DNA of 64,000 bases from Candidatus Thorarchaeota archaeon. Lineage in GTDB: Archaea; Asgardarchaeota; Thorarchaeia; Thorarchaeales; Thorarchaeaceae. The notes under the pieces were generated by a model. That model had not been told where the DNA came from and made no database searches. It worked only from the letters and a program-made list of their open reading frames with translations. Position numbers and translations under genes: made by a program. Within the stretch, counting starts at the first letter, position 1, and every line of letters starts with the position of its first letter. Location of the stretch: positions 1-64,000 of the forward strand of contig JAFGAR010000005.1 in the NCBI GenBank assembly GCA_016933575.1, in the 5' to 3' direction. Positions 41,514 to 51,431 of the stretch are shown here, one piece after another.

Positions 41514-42565
41514 ATCCAGCCAACTCCATGTGGGTATCCAATCAGTAGTAGGAGCACTGCACCATAGACTAAGATTGCTTGTAACAATAGCAAGATTTGG
41601 ACATTTCTCTTTTCTGTCATATCTTTGAAGAAATGTGGCAATATCCAATAGACTGTAAATGGACCAACCACTTCCAATGAGCCATCTTCTCTTGGTTTAG
41701 CAAACTTAACCCATTGCATTTGTTTTCGCTTTGCGTAAAATCTATAGACGATATAGAGGAGGAAATTGAGTCCAAATGGGATATACATGATTATAGCAAG
41801 CCTATCCATATTTCCAATGATAAGGGCTGCTGCCATTGTTGCGCCCATAGGTAAAGTCCCTACGTCTCCAGTCAATATCTTTGCTGGATATCTATTAAAA
41901 ATCAAGAAACCAATTGAAGCCCCTAACAGGGCTGCGGCTACGACTCCTGCCTCCATCTGTTCAGTAGTTATTGTATGACTATCAAAATAGGGTATAAGGA
42001 GAACGAATGTAACAAGTCCTGAGGCATTAATGGCACTCAGTCCAGCCTCAAGTCCATTCATCCCCGCATACATATTGGTTGAATCAATGATGAATGTCAT
42101 CATGAGGGGAACAATTAGAAGTGCATAGAATAGTCCGAAATTGATAGTCCCAATGAATGGAATTGATATTGTTGGTGTTCCTACACTCATGGCTGCCATT
42201 GGTATGGATGCAACCAATGGAAGCACGATTTTCGTTCTATTCTTGAAATCCAAGTTATCATCCAAGAGTCCAATCATCCCCGCCATTAGGATTGAAACCA
42301 AAGCGGCGAATAATCCTACCATCTCGATCTCAAGACTCTGGAAGGTTGTCAACCCAATAATAACAAGCAACGCAAAGACAATTGCAAAGAGGATGACATA
42401 TCCTCCTCCTTTTGGTATCTCAGGTCGATCTAGCTTATGAACATCAGTCCCAGTGACACCCTTTTCCTTGAGGATTTTTATCGCATTAGGTGTAAATAGC
42501 ACAACGACAATAAACGACACAATAATGGCGATTAGTATTTCCAGCAAACCTTCACACCTATTCAC
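41510..42565 (-). CDS. aglH: UDP-GlcNAc:dolichol-phosphate GlcNAc-1-P transferase (AglH/DPAGT1, MraY-like)
   Basis: GTDVHK...IPKGGG, GLLDD, NMYAGMNGLEAG, FNRYPAKILTGDVGT; polytopic; start may be a few codons downstream. Confidence 0.85.
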   Translation of the reverse strand: MNRCEGLLEILIAIIVSFIVVVLFTPNAIKILKEKGVTGTDVHKLDRPEIPKGGGYVILFAIVFALLVIIGLTTFQSLEIEMVGLFAALVSILMAGMIGLLDDNLDFKNRTKIVLPLVASIPMAAMSVGTPTISIPFIGTINFGLFYALLIVPLMMTFIIDSTNMYAGMNGLEAGLSAINASGLVTFVLLIPYFDSHTITTEQMEAGVVAAALLGASIGFLIFNRYPAKILTGDVGTLPMGATMAAALIIGNMDRLAIIMYIPFGLNFLLYIVYRFYAKRKQMQWVKFAKPREDGSLEVVGPFTVYWILPHFFKDMTEKRNVQILLLLQAILVYGAVLLLLIGYPHGVGWI

Positions 42566-42735
42566 TCAAAACCAATCAGTACAGTTTTGACCTTTTCGGA
42601 CAGGGAGCAAGTTCGTGCATGCTTTCAACGTCCGAAATCTATTTTAACGAACCCGAAGCTCGAGCGCATCATCCATGCTCTAGTGGACCCACCACAAACA
42701 TGGAGATTTACCCCAATCAAACACGGTGATTTGCT

Positions 42736-45723
42736 TTGAGCCAAATGAACAAACGGATAGGGACAATCATACTGCTAGCTCTCGTAGTGACAAGCAGTAT
42801 TCTTGCACTGAGCCCCATCTCAGATACAACAGAAAATAACTACATGGTTCAGAAAATTGATAATGGATTTGCCTTGGCTGAGTCATCGATGAACATATCG
42901 ATTCCATATGTAGACAATCACTATGGCTCCGCAGATGGATTAATAGATCCCACAGAGTATGCTTATCATTTTACAGATCCAGTGACTGGGGTTAAATCAT
43001 ATTTTGAGCACAACGGTACAATGTTATTCGTAGGTCTTGAAGCCCTGACTCACGGTTGGATTGGGTTTGCTTGGCAGAACTATACCTCTAATTTCACAAC
43101 CGCTGGTCTGAATAACAGTGATGTTATTGTTGGATACGCTCCTGGTACAACTACTACAAATGTATGGCGCGTTATAGGCACAGATGCTGTGACTGTACAT
43201 TATGTTCTAAGTCTTAGAAATGGTACAACAATCCAAGACGGATTTGTCCCCGATGAGACCTCTGTTGATCCAATTGAGGAAGCTGGAGTCTTGCAAGCCT
43301 ATAAGGATGCAATCATCGGCATGAGAATTGGAGAAGTTCGACACTTCGTCATTCCTGCTGCTGACGCATATGATACATCTGGTCATGAGCTCTATGGACA
43401 AGACCTAATCTATGATATCACTCTGACACGCATCTACAGGTCTGGAATCACGAGGACACTTGACCCTACAGATCAGAGCCTTATTATCTACAGTGATGAA
43501 CATGGTACAAACACCTTCCAACATCTTCCTGATGCTGATCAATCCCAGATTATTCAAGCCGACGGTTCTGATAATGGAACAATAACGCAGCTTGAATATA
43601 TCATTAAACTGAACAGTACAGACCCATATGACATCCCTCTGTTCAACAATACAGATTTGACATATCCCTTCATCTTTATGTATGGCCTTACTGAAGAACT
43701 CAATGGACTTCCTGTTCAACATACATATTGGACAAATCCCGCCAAAGTTCAGATTGTACCCAACACCCCTCCTACAATGGTAGTTATTTCTCCTGAGGCT
43801 GATTCAACAATCCAATGGGTTTCTACATTGAAGCTTAATGCTACAAATGACTATGTGAGACGAGCTTTCTATCAAGTAGATAATGAAACCTGGGAAACTT
43901 TGACATACAATTTCCTTACAGATCTCTGGGAGAAGAGCGTTGATTTCTCCTTATACGATGAGGGTTTGCATGTACTAAGTTTCAATGCATCCGATACATC
44001 AAACGCAACGGGTCTTGTATCGTTTAATTTCACCATTGACCGACCATACACGCCATTGCTGGGTATGAAATTGAGAGTAACTCGAAATCTCATAACGATG
44101 CCAAACTTCGGTAGTAGAGCTGAAGATAGCTATGTTGTTACTAATAACGGGTCAGCTCCAATCAATTCAATAGACATATACCTTCCTGACGAGTATGAGT
44201 CCAATATTCTTGATTTTGTAGTAACAGATAGTAGCGGTGGTACTGAATTCCCTGCCATTAGGCTATCAAATGCAAATGGACTGGTACGCTGGAGAGTACA
44301 CTTTCCAGACCCTGTTGGATTCCAAGAATCTCTCTCATTTAAGACAATAACATACCTACACAGTTTGTTCTATCTGACGGATGAAGATACATTTGAATAC
44401 CGAATCTCTTTCATTAGATATCCGATTCTGCCATATGTACTTACCAGCGCAGAGTTCACTCTCAGTTTCGAATCAGGAGGTTCTCTAGTTCCAAACGAAC
44501 CATCTCCTAACTTGAAAGAAACAAACGTCGCACCTTATACAACATCACCATTCTCTGTATTGCTTCGATTATTCACAGAGAACATCATTGCCAGACGTAC
44601 TACTACAATCGTTGTAGATGCGTGGGGCTGGTTATCCTATGAAGAAGTAATCTCATTAGAAAATACAGGCGGTGGTGAAGTAGTTACACTTCCAATGACA
44701 CTACCTGCATACTCCGCATCAATTCGGATTTACGACGAAGTAGGTGATTTGGCTTCATCCCAGACACAGCCGGGAGTAACAACTGCTGACTATAACGAAA
44801 CACGACAGCTGGAAATAAAATTGGCAACGGATCGATTTGGACCGAATGGATTCCAGCCCTCGTTCAAATATACATTCAAGATCTCTTATGTCGTTCAAGC
44901 AAGCGCTTACCAGAGTGCAGCAACTGGTGGAAGTCTGCTCGAGTTTCCAATGGCTCTTCTAGGCGATGTCCTGATTCTTGTGCATGATATCAAAATTGTC
45001 ATGACTACATCAGTTCAAGCATTTGACATCGCAGAAGGTCACCATATAATGTACGGAGTCTTTGATACCTCCTACCTCTATGAATATACCAACGAAACAC
45101 AACGAAATCCTGCAGAACTCTATGTCGTATACCAAACCACCCTCGGAGCTGCTGCAAGACCTGCTCTGTTCTCGCTGATAATTGGAATTATCGCAGCATT
45201 GTATGTTTCATATAGAAAAGTGGAGCTACCTGAGGAGGTTGTTGGTCCTCATATCGATGACACTGATATTTATCAAAAACCAAAACAGGTTGGAGCCCCT
45301 GCAGATCTTCTATCTGAGTTTGCTAATCTTTATTCTCGAAAGACCACTCTTAACATAGATTTGGAGAAACTTGATGCCTCCAGACGAAGAGGGAAGATAA
45401 AGAAGCGCGAATATATGATGCGTGAGAGTGACCTGAAAGCACAGATCGAAGAGATTGATAAGAAACTGCCCTCAGTCAAGGAAGAACTAACGCGCTACGG
45501 AGCAAGATACCGGGATCTCATTGCACAGTTAGAGCTTCAGGATGAGCGGATAGAAGGTGCAAAAGCTGGTCTTCGTCAACTCCTCATGCGAAAGAAGAAG
45601 CAGAGGATTAGTCGAGTTGCTTTTGAAAAGTCCCGTCAAGATTACTTGAAGACAATCCAGAAAGCAACAAGTGCTACAGACAGAATTCTGCTCTCAATTC
45701 AGGAAGAAGCCGGAGAAGCCTAG
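42736..45723 (+). CDS. Signal peptide + DOMON domain with inserted FKBP domain + Ig-like + ribophorin-I (OST1)-like domain + TM + cytoplasmic coiled coil
   Basis: GWIGFAW...DVIVGY (DOMON); VTVHY...AIIGMRIGEVRHFVIPAADAY (FKBP); IVVDAWGWLSYEEVISLENTG and IYDEVGDL (RPN1-like); TM RPALFSLIIGIIAALYVSY; many NxS/T sequons. Confidence 0.75.
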   Translation: MSQMNKRIGTIILLALVVTSSILALSPISDTTENNYMVQKIDNGFALAESSMNISIPYVDNHYGSADGLIDPTEYAYHFTDPVTGVKSYFEHNGTMLFVGLEALTHGWIGFAWQNYTSNFTTAGLNNSDVIVGYAPGTTTTNVWRVIGTDAVTVHYVLSLRNGTTIQDGFVPDETSVDPIEEAGVLQAYKDAIIGMRIGEVRHFVIPAADAYDTSGHELYGQDLIYDITLTRIYRSGITRTLDPTDQSLIIYSDEHGTNTFQHLPDADQSQIIQADGSDNGTITQLEYIIKLNSTDPYDIPLFNNTDLTYPFIFMYGLTEELNGLPVQHTYWTNPAKVQIVPNTPPTMVVISPEADSTIQWVSTLKLNATNDYVRRAFYQVDNETWETLTYNFLTDLWEKSVDFSLYDEGLHVLSFNASDTSNATGLVSFNFTIDRPYTPLLGMKLRVTRNLITMPNFGSRAEDSYVVTNNGSAPINSIDIYLPDEYESNILDFVVTDSSGGTEFPAIRLSNANGLVRWRVHFPDPVGFQESLSFKTITYLHSLFYLTDEDTFEYRISFIRYPILPYVLTSAEFTLSFESGGSLVPNEPSPNLKETNVAPYTTSPFSVLLRLFTENIIARRTTTIVVDAWGWLSYEEVISLENTGGGEVVTLPMTLPAYSASIRIYDEVGDLASSQTQPGVTTADYNETRQLEIKLATDRFGPNGFQPSFKYTFKISYVVQASAYQSAATGGSLLEFPMALLGDVLILVHDIKIVMTTSVQAFDIAEGHHIMYGVFDTSYLYEYTNETQRNPAELYVVYQTTLGAAARPALFSLIIGIIAALYVSYRKVELPEEVVGPHIDDTDIYQKPKQVGAPADLLSEFANLYSRKTTLNIDLEKLDASRRRGKIKKREYMMRESDLKAQIEEIDKKLPSVKEELTRYGARYRDLIAQLELQDERIEGAKAGLRQLLMRKKKQRISRVAFEKSRQDYLKTIQKATSATDRILLSIQEEAGEA

Positions 45724-45840
45724 ATAGTCTACCTATCTAGACTCTCCCAGTTTGTTTTTGCGAGGCAAGCTAGAAAATTCACTATTCGCAAGTCTTATCA
45801 AAACAGACGGATTTCTTCTATGTCCCTAAGAGTGATAGTT

Positions 45841-46692
45841 ATGAGTACTCCGACCATCGACCGTGAATCAATCAGAGCACGAGATCTAATACCTGATGAA
45901 TCTAAAGCCCTTGAGATGTATCAATATCTGACCGGCTCACCCAGGGTGCAATCATATCTGCGAACTGCAAATAGAATGGCTGTATCCAGATTAGGTTATA
46001 CTGACCATGGCCCGGTCCATGCAGAGGTAGCTAGTTGGAACGCACTCAAGGCATTTGCTATTATTGAAGATACTTTCAAACCGAATATTGTAGCTGAAGG
46101 TATTGGGGACCTTGATGACGCACGTCTGGTTGTTCTCGCATCTACCTATCTCCATGATATTGGTATGGTTGTGCATCGCAACGAGCATAATCAAGCAGCA
46201 ATACAGCTAGCCAGTCCAATTCTTGAATCAAAACTGCTGGATATGTATGGCGACCCTGCAAAGGCCACTGATATCCTCTCATTCATCTTTCATGGCATCT
46301 ACGCTCATGATGATGACACGCAATGTCTTACACTTGAAGCAGGAATCACTAAGATTGGTGATGGTTGCGATCTAACCAAGGGTAGGACGATTGTGCCATT
46401 TCAGCAGGGAAAGGTGGATATCCATTCAGTTTCAGCAATGGCTATCAATAGTGTAATCCTTGAGAAAGGGACTGAAAAGCCACTTCAGATTACCGTTGCA
46501 ATGGATAATCCTGCAGGAGTATTCCAGGTTCAGGCAGTACTTGAGAAGAAATTATCCACTTCAGGTCTCAAGGACCACGTTGATATTGATGTTGAAGTCA
46601 ATGGTGAGCGACTTGTACTCTCTCATGTAAAGCGTCTCTTCAGAGTACAGATGACAGAATCTGACAATGGTCTCAGTGTCAAAGAAAAATAG
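45841..46692 (+). CDS. HD-domain phosphohydrolase
   Basis: RLGYTDHGPVH, YLHDIG, HD, GDGCDLTKGR, DIHSVSA. Confidence 0.85.
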   Translation: MSTPTIDRESIRARDLIPDESKALEMYQYLTGSPRVQSYLRTANRMAVSRLGYTDHGPVHAEVASWNALKAFAIIEDTFKPNIVAEGIGDLDDARLVVLASTYLHDIGMVVHRNEHNQAAIQLASPILESKLLDMYGDPAKATDILSFIFHGIYAHDDDTQCLTLEAGITKIGDGCDLTKGRTIVPFQQGKVDIHSVSAMAINSVILEKGTEKPLQITVAMDNPAGVFQVQAVLEKKLSTSGLKDHVDIDVEVNGERLVLSHVKRLFRVQMTESDNGLSVKEK

Positions 46693-46768
46693 TCCTATCT
46701 TGCCCCTTTCTAAGAATAACCCCTAGTCAGAGTGCATATATGGATGTAGAACATATAATATTGCAGGT

Positions 46769-47161
46769 ATGATAGATATTGGAGAAGAGGACACTCCTGA
46801 AGGCACTATAATTGATACTGGAAAAGAACCCTGGTTTGACGCACTAGGCAGTGTAATGTTTCTTCTCTGGGCTATTTTTGGAATCTCAACAACTACAATT
46901 TTGATTAATTCGCCATCGACTGTATTTCTAGGTTGGATTGGAGTACCATATGTAGCAAATGGATTACTATGGCTCGTCTTTCGAACAACCAACTCTCGTA
47001 TATTTCTGACAATCATTGGACTTGTAGGATCACTCTATTCAATAGCCTTCTGGGGCTATAACGAATCACTACTTGCTTACCCCATGGGTCTCTTTGCTAC
47101 GCTTCTGTTATGTACTTGTATAGGTACTCTCTGCATGCGGGGATTGACCTGGTTTGAATGA
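46769..47161 (+). CDS. Small hypothetical membrane protein (about 4 TM)
   Basis: Hydrophobic ORF converging on the tRNA-Gln 3' end. Confidence 0.55.
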   Translation: MIDIGEEDTPEGTIIDTGKEPWFDALGSVMFLLWAIFGISTTTILINSPSTVFLGWIGVPYVANGLLWLVFRTTNSRIFLTIIGLVGSLYSIAFWGYNESLLAYPMGLFATLLLCTCIGTLCMRGLTWFE

Positions 47162-47174
47162 TACAATAGAAAAG

Positions 47175-47250
47175 TGGTAGCCCCGGGAGGATTTGAACCT
47201 CCGTCAGCGAGGCCAAAACCCGCTATGCTGGACCGCTACACCACGGGGCT
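47175..47250 (-). tRNA. tRNA-Gln(TTG), intronless, CCA encoded
   Basis: AGCCCCG...GCGGG-TT-TTG-GC-CTCGC...GGAGGTTCAAATCCTCC-CGGGGCT-A-CCA cloverleaf. Confidence 0.95.
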
Positions 47251-47566
47251 ATTGTTCAGTAAGCCCGAAGGGTATACCGTTCTTCAATATGTCGGTCGGT
47301 ATATTTTCCTTCCACTTTTCAAGAAAGGCTGTTTCCTCTCTATATTGCTTACCTTCCTTTCTCAAGTCATCTGGGAGCATGCATGCAATCCCGTCGATGA
47401 CAGGGTACCATCTACCACATTTTGGGCACCTGATGAGTGCTTCGTCAATCTCTTCGACCACTTCATCCTCTGTTTCAAGATTATGTGATGTGTAGACTTC
47501 AAGATTGAGTTCACTTCGACAATCACTTGCAGGACATGCAAGAATGTCCATCAGCCAACGCTTCAT
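47249..47566 (-). CDS. trm112: Trm112 methyltransferase activator
   Basis: LMDILACP...CPKCGRWYPVIDGIACMLPDDLR. Confidence 0.9.
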   Translation of the reverse strand: MKRWLMDILACPASDCRSELNLEVYTSHNLETEDEVVEEIDEALIRCPKCGRWYPVIDGIACMLPDDLRKEGKQYREETAFLEKWKENIPTDILKNGIPFGLTEQ

Positions 47567-47713
47567 ACAGATGCAACTCCTGTGGTATAGTGTCGATTCA
47601 TCAGTTGTAGTTAAAAATCATTCTGGCAAAATATCAAGAAATACGCTCAACCCAAAAGCTATTTTGGGGACATGAATTGCCTGCAGGCCTAGTGTAATCT
47701 GGAGAGAGTTGCA

Positions 47714-49117
47714 ATGGAGTACAAACATCCTTGGATTCCAATCACACGCGATATAGAGAAAGAGATGCTTGAGTCTATAGGAAAAAGAAGCTTGGAAGAT
47801 CTCTTCTGTAACATTCCTGAGAAATTTCGGGTGAATAGAAATCTTGCTCTTCCTGATTCTCATACAGAGTATGAGGTCAGTAGAAGAATCCAGGAGCTTG
47901 CTGGTAGTAATAAGTCCGCAATTAATGGGGATGTATTCCTTGGTTCCGGTGTCGGGATGCATTATATCCCCGCAATTGTACCAGCATTGGCTGGGAGGTC
48001 TGAATTTGTGACATCCTATACAAGTTATCAGGCTGAGATAAGTCAAGGTATGCTTCAGACCCTTTTTGAATATCAAAGTCTGCTTGCAGAGATTCTCCAG
48101 ATTGACATTGTGAACTCATCAATGTACGATTATGCAACAGGTGTTGCTGAAGCTGCAAGGATGACAGTACGTGTAAATAAGAAACGTTCCAAGTTTTTAG
48201 TTCCAGGTACGATTAATCCCGAACATTATTCTGTGATACATACATACACAGAGCCTGCAGATATTGAGATTGTGAAAGTAGATTATGATCGTAACACAGG
48301 TCTACTCTCTCTCTCCGACTTGAAGGCAAAGATGGATGATACGGTCGCAGGGGTGTATATCGAAAATCCAAGTCATCTTGGTTTTATAGAGACCCAAGTC
48401 GATGAGATCTCGAAGATTGTTCATGATCATGATGCGTTGTTCGTGGTTGGTGTTGACATTCTCTCACTTGGAGTATTGAAACCCCCCGGGGGTTATGATG
48501 CTGATATTGTGGTTGCTGAAGGGCAACACCTTGGTGTGCCTATGAGCTATGGTGGACCCTTGCTTGGTATTTTTGCTTGTAGGAATGACCGGAAGTTGAT
48601 CTATCAGATGCCTGGTCGTCTTGTCGGAATGACCCGGACCGAAGAGGAACCTTATGAACGAGGTTTTGTCTTAACACTGAGTCCAAGAGAACAGCACATT
48701 CGTCGGGAAAAAGCAACTAGTAACATCTGTTCTAATCAGGCTCTTGTTGCAGTTACTGCTGCAGTGTATATGTCTACCCTCGGTCCTAGTGGCTTGCAGA
48801 CCTTGGGAGAAACCATTGCATTGAAAGCAAATTATGCTGCAAAGCAACTAAATACCATTAAAGGAGTAAAAGCTCCTGCAATTGGTTCATTCTTTTGGAA
48901 AGAGTTTGTAGTTCAATTTGAAAATGGAGTCACTGCTAGTCAAGTCCACACATCACTCTTGAAACAAGGAATTCAAGGTGGAAAAATACTCACAGATGAA
49001 TTTCCAGAACTAGGAGAGGCAATGTTGTTCTGTGTGACGGAGATTCACAGTCAAGAAGCAATAGATAATCTCGTTCGGGCAGTTGAACTAACAATGAGTA
49101 ATGGGGGTGCACAATAA
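47714..49117 (+). CDS. gcvPA: Glycine cleavage system P protein subunit 1
   Basis: YTSYQAEISQGMLQ, NSSMYD, REQHIRREKATSNICSNQAL. Confidence 0.96.
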   Translation: MEYKHPWIPITRDIEKEMLESIGKRSLEDLFCNIPEKFRVNRNLALPDSHTEYEVSRRIQELAGSNKSAINGDVFLGSGVGMHYIPAIVPALAGRSEFVTSYTSYQAEISQGMLQTLFEYQSLLAEILQIDIVNSSMYDYATGVAEAARMTVRVNKKRSKFLVPGTINPEHYSVIHTYTEPADIEIVKVDYDRNTGLLSLSDLKAKMDDTVAGVYIENPSHLGFIETQVDEISKIVHDHDALFVVGVDILSLGVLKPPGGYDADIVVAEGQHLGVPMSYGGPLLGIFACRNDRKLIYQMPGRLVGMTRTEEEPYERGFVLTLSPREQHIRREKATSNICSNQALVAVTAAVYMSTLGPSGLQTLGETIALKANYAAKQLNTIKGVKAPAIGSFFWKEFVVQFENGVTASQVHTSLLKQGIQGGKILTDEFPELGEAMLFCVTEIHSQEAIDNLVRAVELTMSNGGAQ

Positions 49118-50685
49118 TGAACAATAAATCAGAAAATCGTTCAGCGGTGAGACAGGCAAAATGGATTGAGCCCCTTATTTTTGAAAAGAGCACACCCGGG
49201 GTCATTGCCCATCAATTTCCAATAGCTGAGGCGATAATAAGAAAGGCGGTAGATCTTGGCAAAGTTCTACCCTCAAATATGAGACGAAAGACACTACCAA
49301 TGATACCTGAGGTCTCTGAACCAACCGTTGTGCGTCACTTCACAAGACTCTCTCAGATGAACTATTCAGTGAGTCTTGGTACTTATCCTCTGGGAAGTTG
49401 TACAATGAAATACAATCCTGAAGAGAACAATTGGGCGGCCTCCCAACCCGGTTTTTCATGGCTTCATCCACTTCAGGATGTATCTTCCACACAGGGAGCC
49501 CTTGAGATGATGTGGGAACTCGAACAATGGTTAGGCGAACTTACAGGCATGGATGCGGTCACATTGCAGCCTGCTGCTGGAGCTCAAGGCGAATGGACAG
49601 GAGTGATGATGATGCGCGAATATCATCGGTGTGTCACCAATGAGTGTGAACAACGATATGAAATGCTCATTCCTGATGCTGCTCATGGTACTAATCCTGC
49701 ATCTGCTGCCATGGCTGGCTATGAAGTAGTCGTTCTCCCCTCTAGTAATGAGGGCCTTGTGGATATTGACGCATTAAAAGCAGCGGCTGGACCTAAGACT
49801 GCAGGTCTAATGCTCACGAATCCTAATACCATCGGAGTCTTCGAGAAAGATATTGCTGAAATTACAGGGATTGTTCATGATGCCGGTGGTCTAGTGTATT
49901 ATGATGGAGCCAACTTCAATGCGATCATGCACAAGGTCAGGCCTGGTGACATGGGTTTTGATGTTGTGCATCTCAATTTGCACAAGACATTCTCAACGCC
50001 TCATGGTGGTGGTGGGCCCGGTGCAGGTCCTGTAGGTGTTAAAGAAAAACTTGCAGATTTCCTACCTGTACCTCGTATCATTCAGAACGAGAATGGACTA
50101 TTTGATCTGGATTACAACAGACCGGAATCTATTGGCAAAGTGAAGTCTTTCTATGGAAACTTTGGAGTTCTAGTGAGAGCATATGCCTACATGTACTCAC
50201 TTGGAAGGGAGGGTCTTAAAAGAGCTTCAGAAGTTGCTGTCCTCAATGCCAATTATATTGCTAATCATGTTCGGAAAATTCCTGGATTTACTTTACCATA
50301 CTCTCAGGATGCACCTCGGATGCATGAATGTGTCATCTCTGCAAAGGAATTGAAGGAAAAGACAGGCGTGACCGCAATGAACGTTGCAAAGCGCCTATTA
50401 GACTTTGGAATTCATGCTCCAACTGTGTATTTCCCTCTGATTGTACCCGAGGCATTAATGATTGAACCTACGGAGACAGAATCCAAACAGGAACTTGACT
50501 ATCTCATAGATGCACTCCGACAAATCTCCCGTGAAGCCCACGAGAATCCTGACCTAGTAAAGACAGCACCTCATTCCACGTCAGTACGTCTCCTTGATGA
50601 GTACAGATCAGCTCATCCTAAAACACTCACTCTGTCTTACAAGATGTATCTGGAACGCAAAAATGCAGGAGAAGAAGAAGACTAA
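49117..50685 (+). CDS. gcvPB: Glycine cleavage system P protein subunit 2
   Basis: PLGSCTMKYNP, HLNLHKTFSTPHGGGGPG, MIEPTETES. Confidence 0.97.
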   Translation: MNNKSENRSAVRQAKWIEPLIFEKSTPGVIAHQFPIAEAIIRKAVDLGKVLPSNMRRKTLPMIPEVSEPTVVRHFTRLSQMNYSVSLGTYPLGSCTMKYNPEENNWAASQPGFSWLHPLQDVSSTQGALEMMWELEQWLGELTGMDAVTLQPAAGAQGEWTGVMMMREYHRCVTNECEQRYEMLIPDAAHGTNPASAAMAGYEVVVLPSSNEGLVDIDALKAAAGPKTAGLMLTNPNTIGVFEKDIAEITGIVHDAGGLVYYDGANFNAIMHKVRPGDMGFDVVHLNLHKTFSTPHGGGGPGAGPVGVKEKLADFLPVPRIIQNENGLFDLDYNRPESIGKVKSFYGNFGVLVRAYAYMYSLGREGLKRASEVAVLNANYIANHVRKIPGFTLPYSQDAPRMHECVISAKELKEKTGVTAMNVAKRLLDFGIHAPTVYFPLIVPEALMIEPTETESKQELDYLIDALRQISREAHENPDLVKTAPHSTSVRLLDEYRSAHPKTLTLSYKMYLERKNAGEEED

Positions 50686-50703
50686 CACAATCACAAACCA
50701 CAA

Positions 50704-51108
50704 GTGTTAGAGGGTCTTACGTACAGAACGATATCAATGATAATCGAGAAGAAAGCAGGTCGTCACTCACTCATCCTTGATACCAAGAACATTGGCAACG
50801 ACCTATTGGTTGCAATTCATGGAGGCGATGAACACCATATCGGAGGTGTAGCAATTGCATATGAAACCCCAAGTCACTATAGAGAGGCATCCACGATTAG
50901 CGTCAACACACTCACATTTCCAGGTCACAAAGACTATGTAGTAGCTAACTCCGCAGCAGAGCAAATCTGTAAGACACTTCATCGACCAACTGTTGTTACA
51001 GTTGGGATCCATTATGAAAATGCAACTAAAACTGAGATAGATGAGATACTCAAGACTGTGGACTTGCTTGTAAATGAACTGATTTCGTACTATCAAAAGG
51101 CTGAATAG
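50704..51108 (+). CDS. LpdD/proteasome-assembly-chaperone-like small protein
   Basis: IGNDLLVAIHGGDEHHIGGVA...PGHKD...VTVGIHYENATKTEI. Confidence 0.65.
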   Translation: MLEGLTYRTISMIIEKKAGRHSLILDTKNIGNDLLVAIHGGDEHHIGGVAIAYETPSHYREASTISVNTLTFPGHKDYVVANSAAEQICKTLHRPTVVTVGIHYENATKTEIDEILKTVDLLVNELISYYQKAE

Positions 51109-51139
51109 TACACCTTGAAAGGCGTCAATGTGAATAGAA

Positions 51140-51421
51140 TTGCGTGTAAGATTCAAGTCCTTTGGACCAATACGTAGGTCTCTTGCTCAGCAGGTATTGG
51201 AGATAGAGGTTCCAGATGGGGCTACTGTCCTTCAGGTTATTCACAAAGTGGTGGAAATTGGTGGGGACGCTCTGCGGGACTTGGTTTTTGAAAATGGAGC
51301 GATAAACGGCAATCTTATTGTGATACTTAACAAGAGAGATGTTTCCACGATTGGTGGTATTTCGGTATATGTTTCGGAAGGTGATGAAATAGCCCTTCTT
51401 CCTCATGTTCAAGGAGGGTAA
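51140..51421 (+). CDS. Ubiquitin-like MoaD/SAMP/Urm1 sulfur carrier
   Basis: Beta-grasp pattern ending EGDEIALLPHVQGG (C-terminal diglycine). Confidence 0.9.
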   Translation: MRVRFKSFGPIRRSLAQQVLEIEVPDGATVLQVIHKVVEIGGDALRDLVFENGAINGNLIVILNKRDVSTIGGISVYVSEGDEIALLPHVQGG

Positions 51422-51431
51422 TATTCATCAG

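Noticed and set aside
47174-47495. Plus-strand ORFs starting MVAPGGFEPPS and MNLRQRG
   Set aside because: Antisense shadows of tRNA-Gln and trm112
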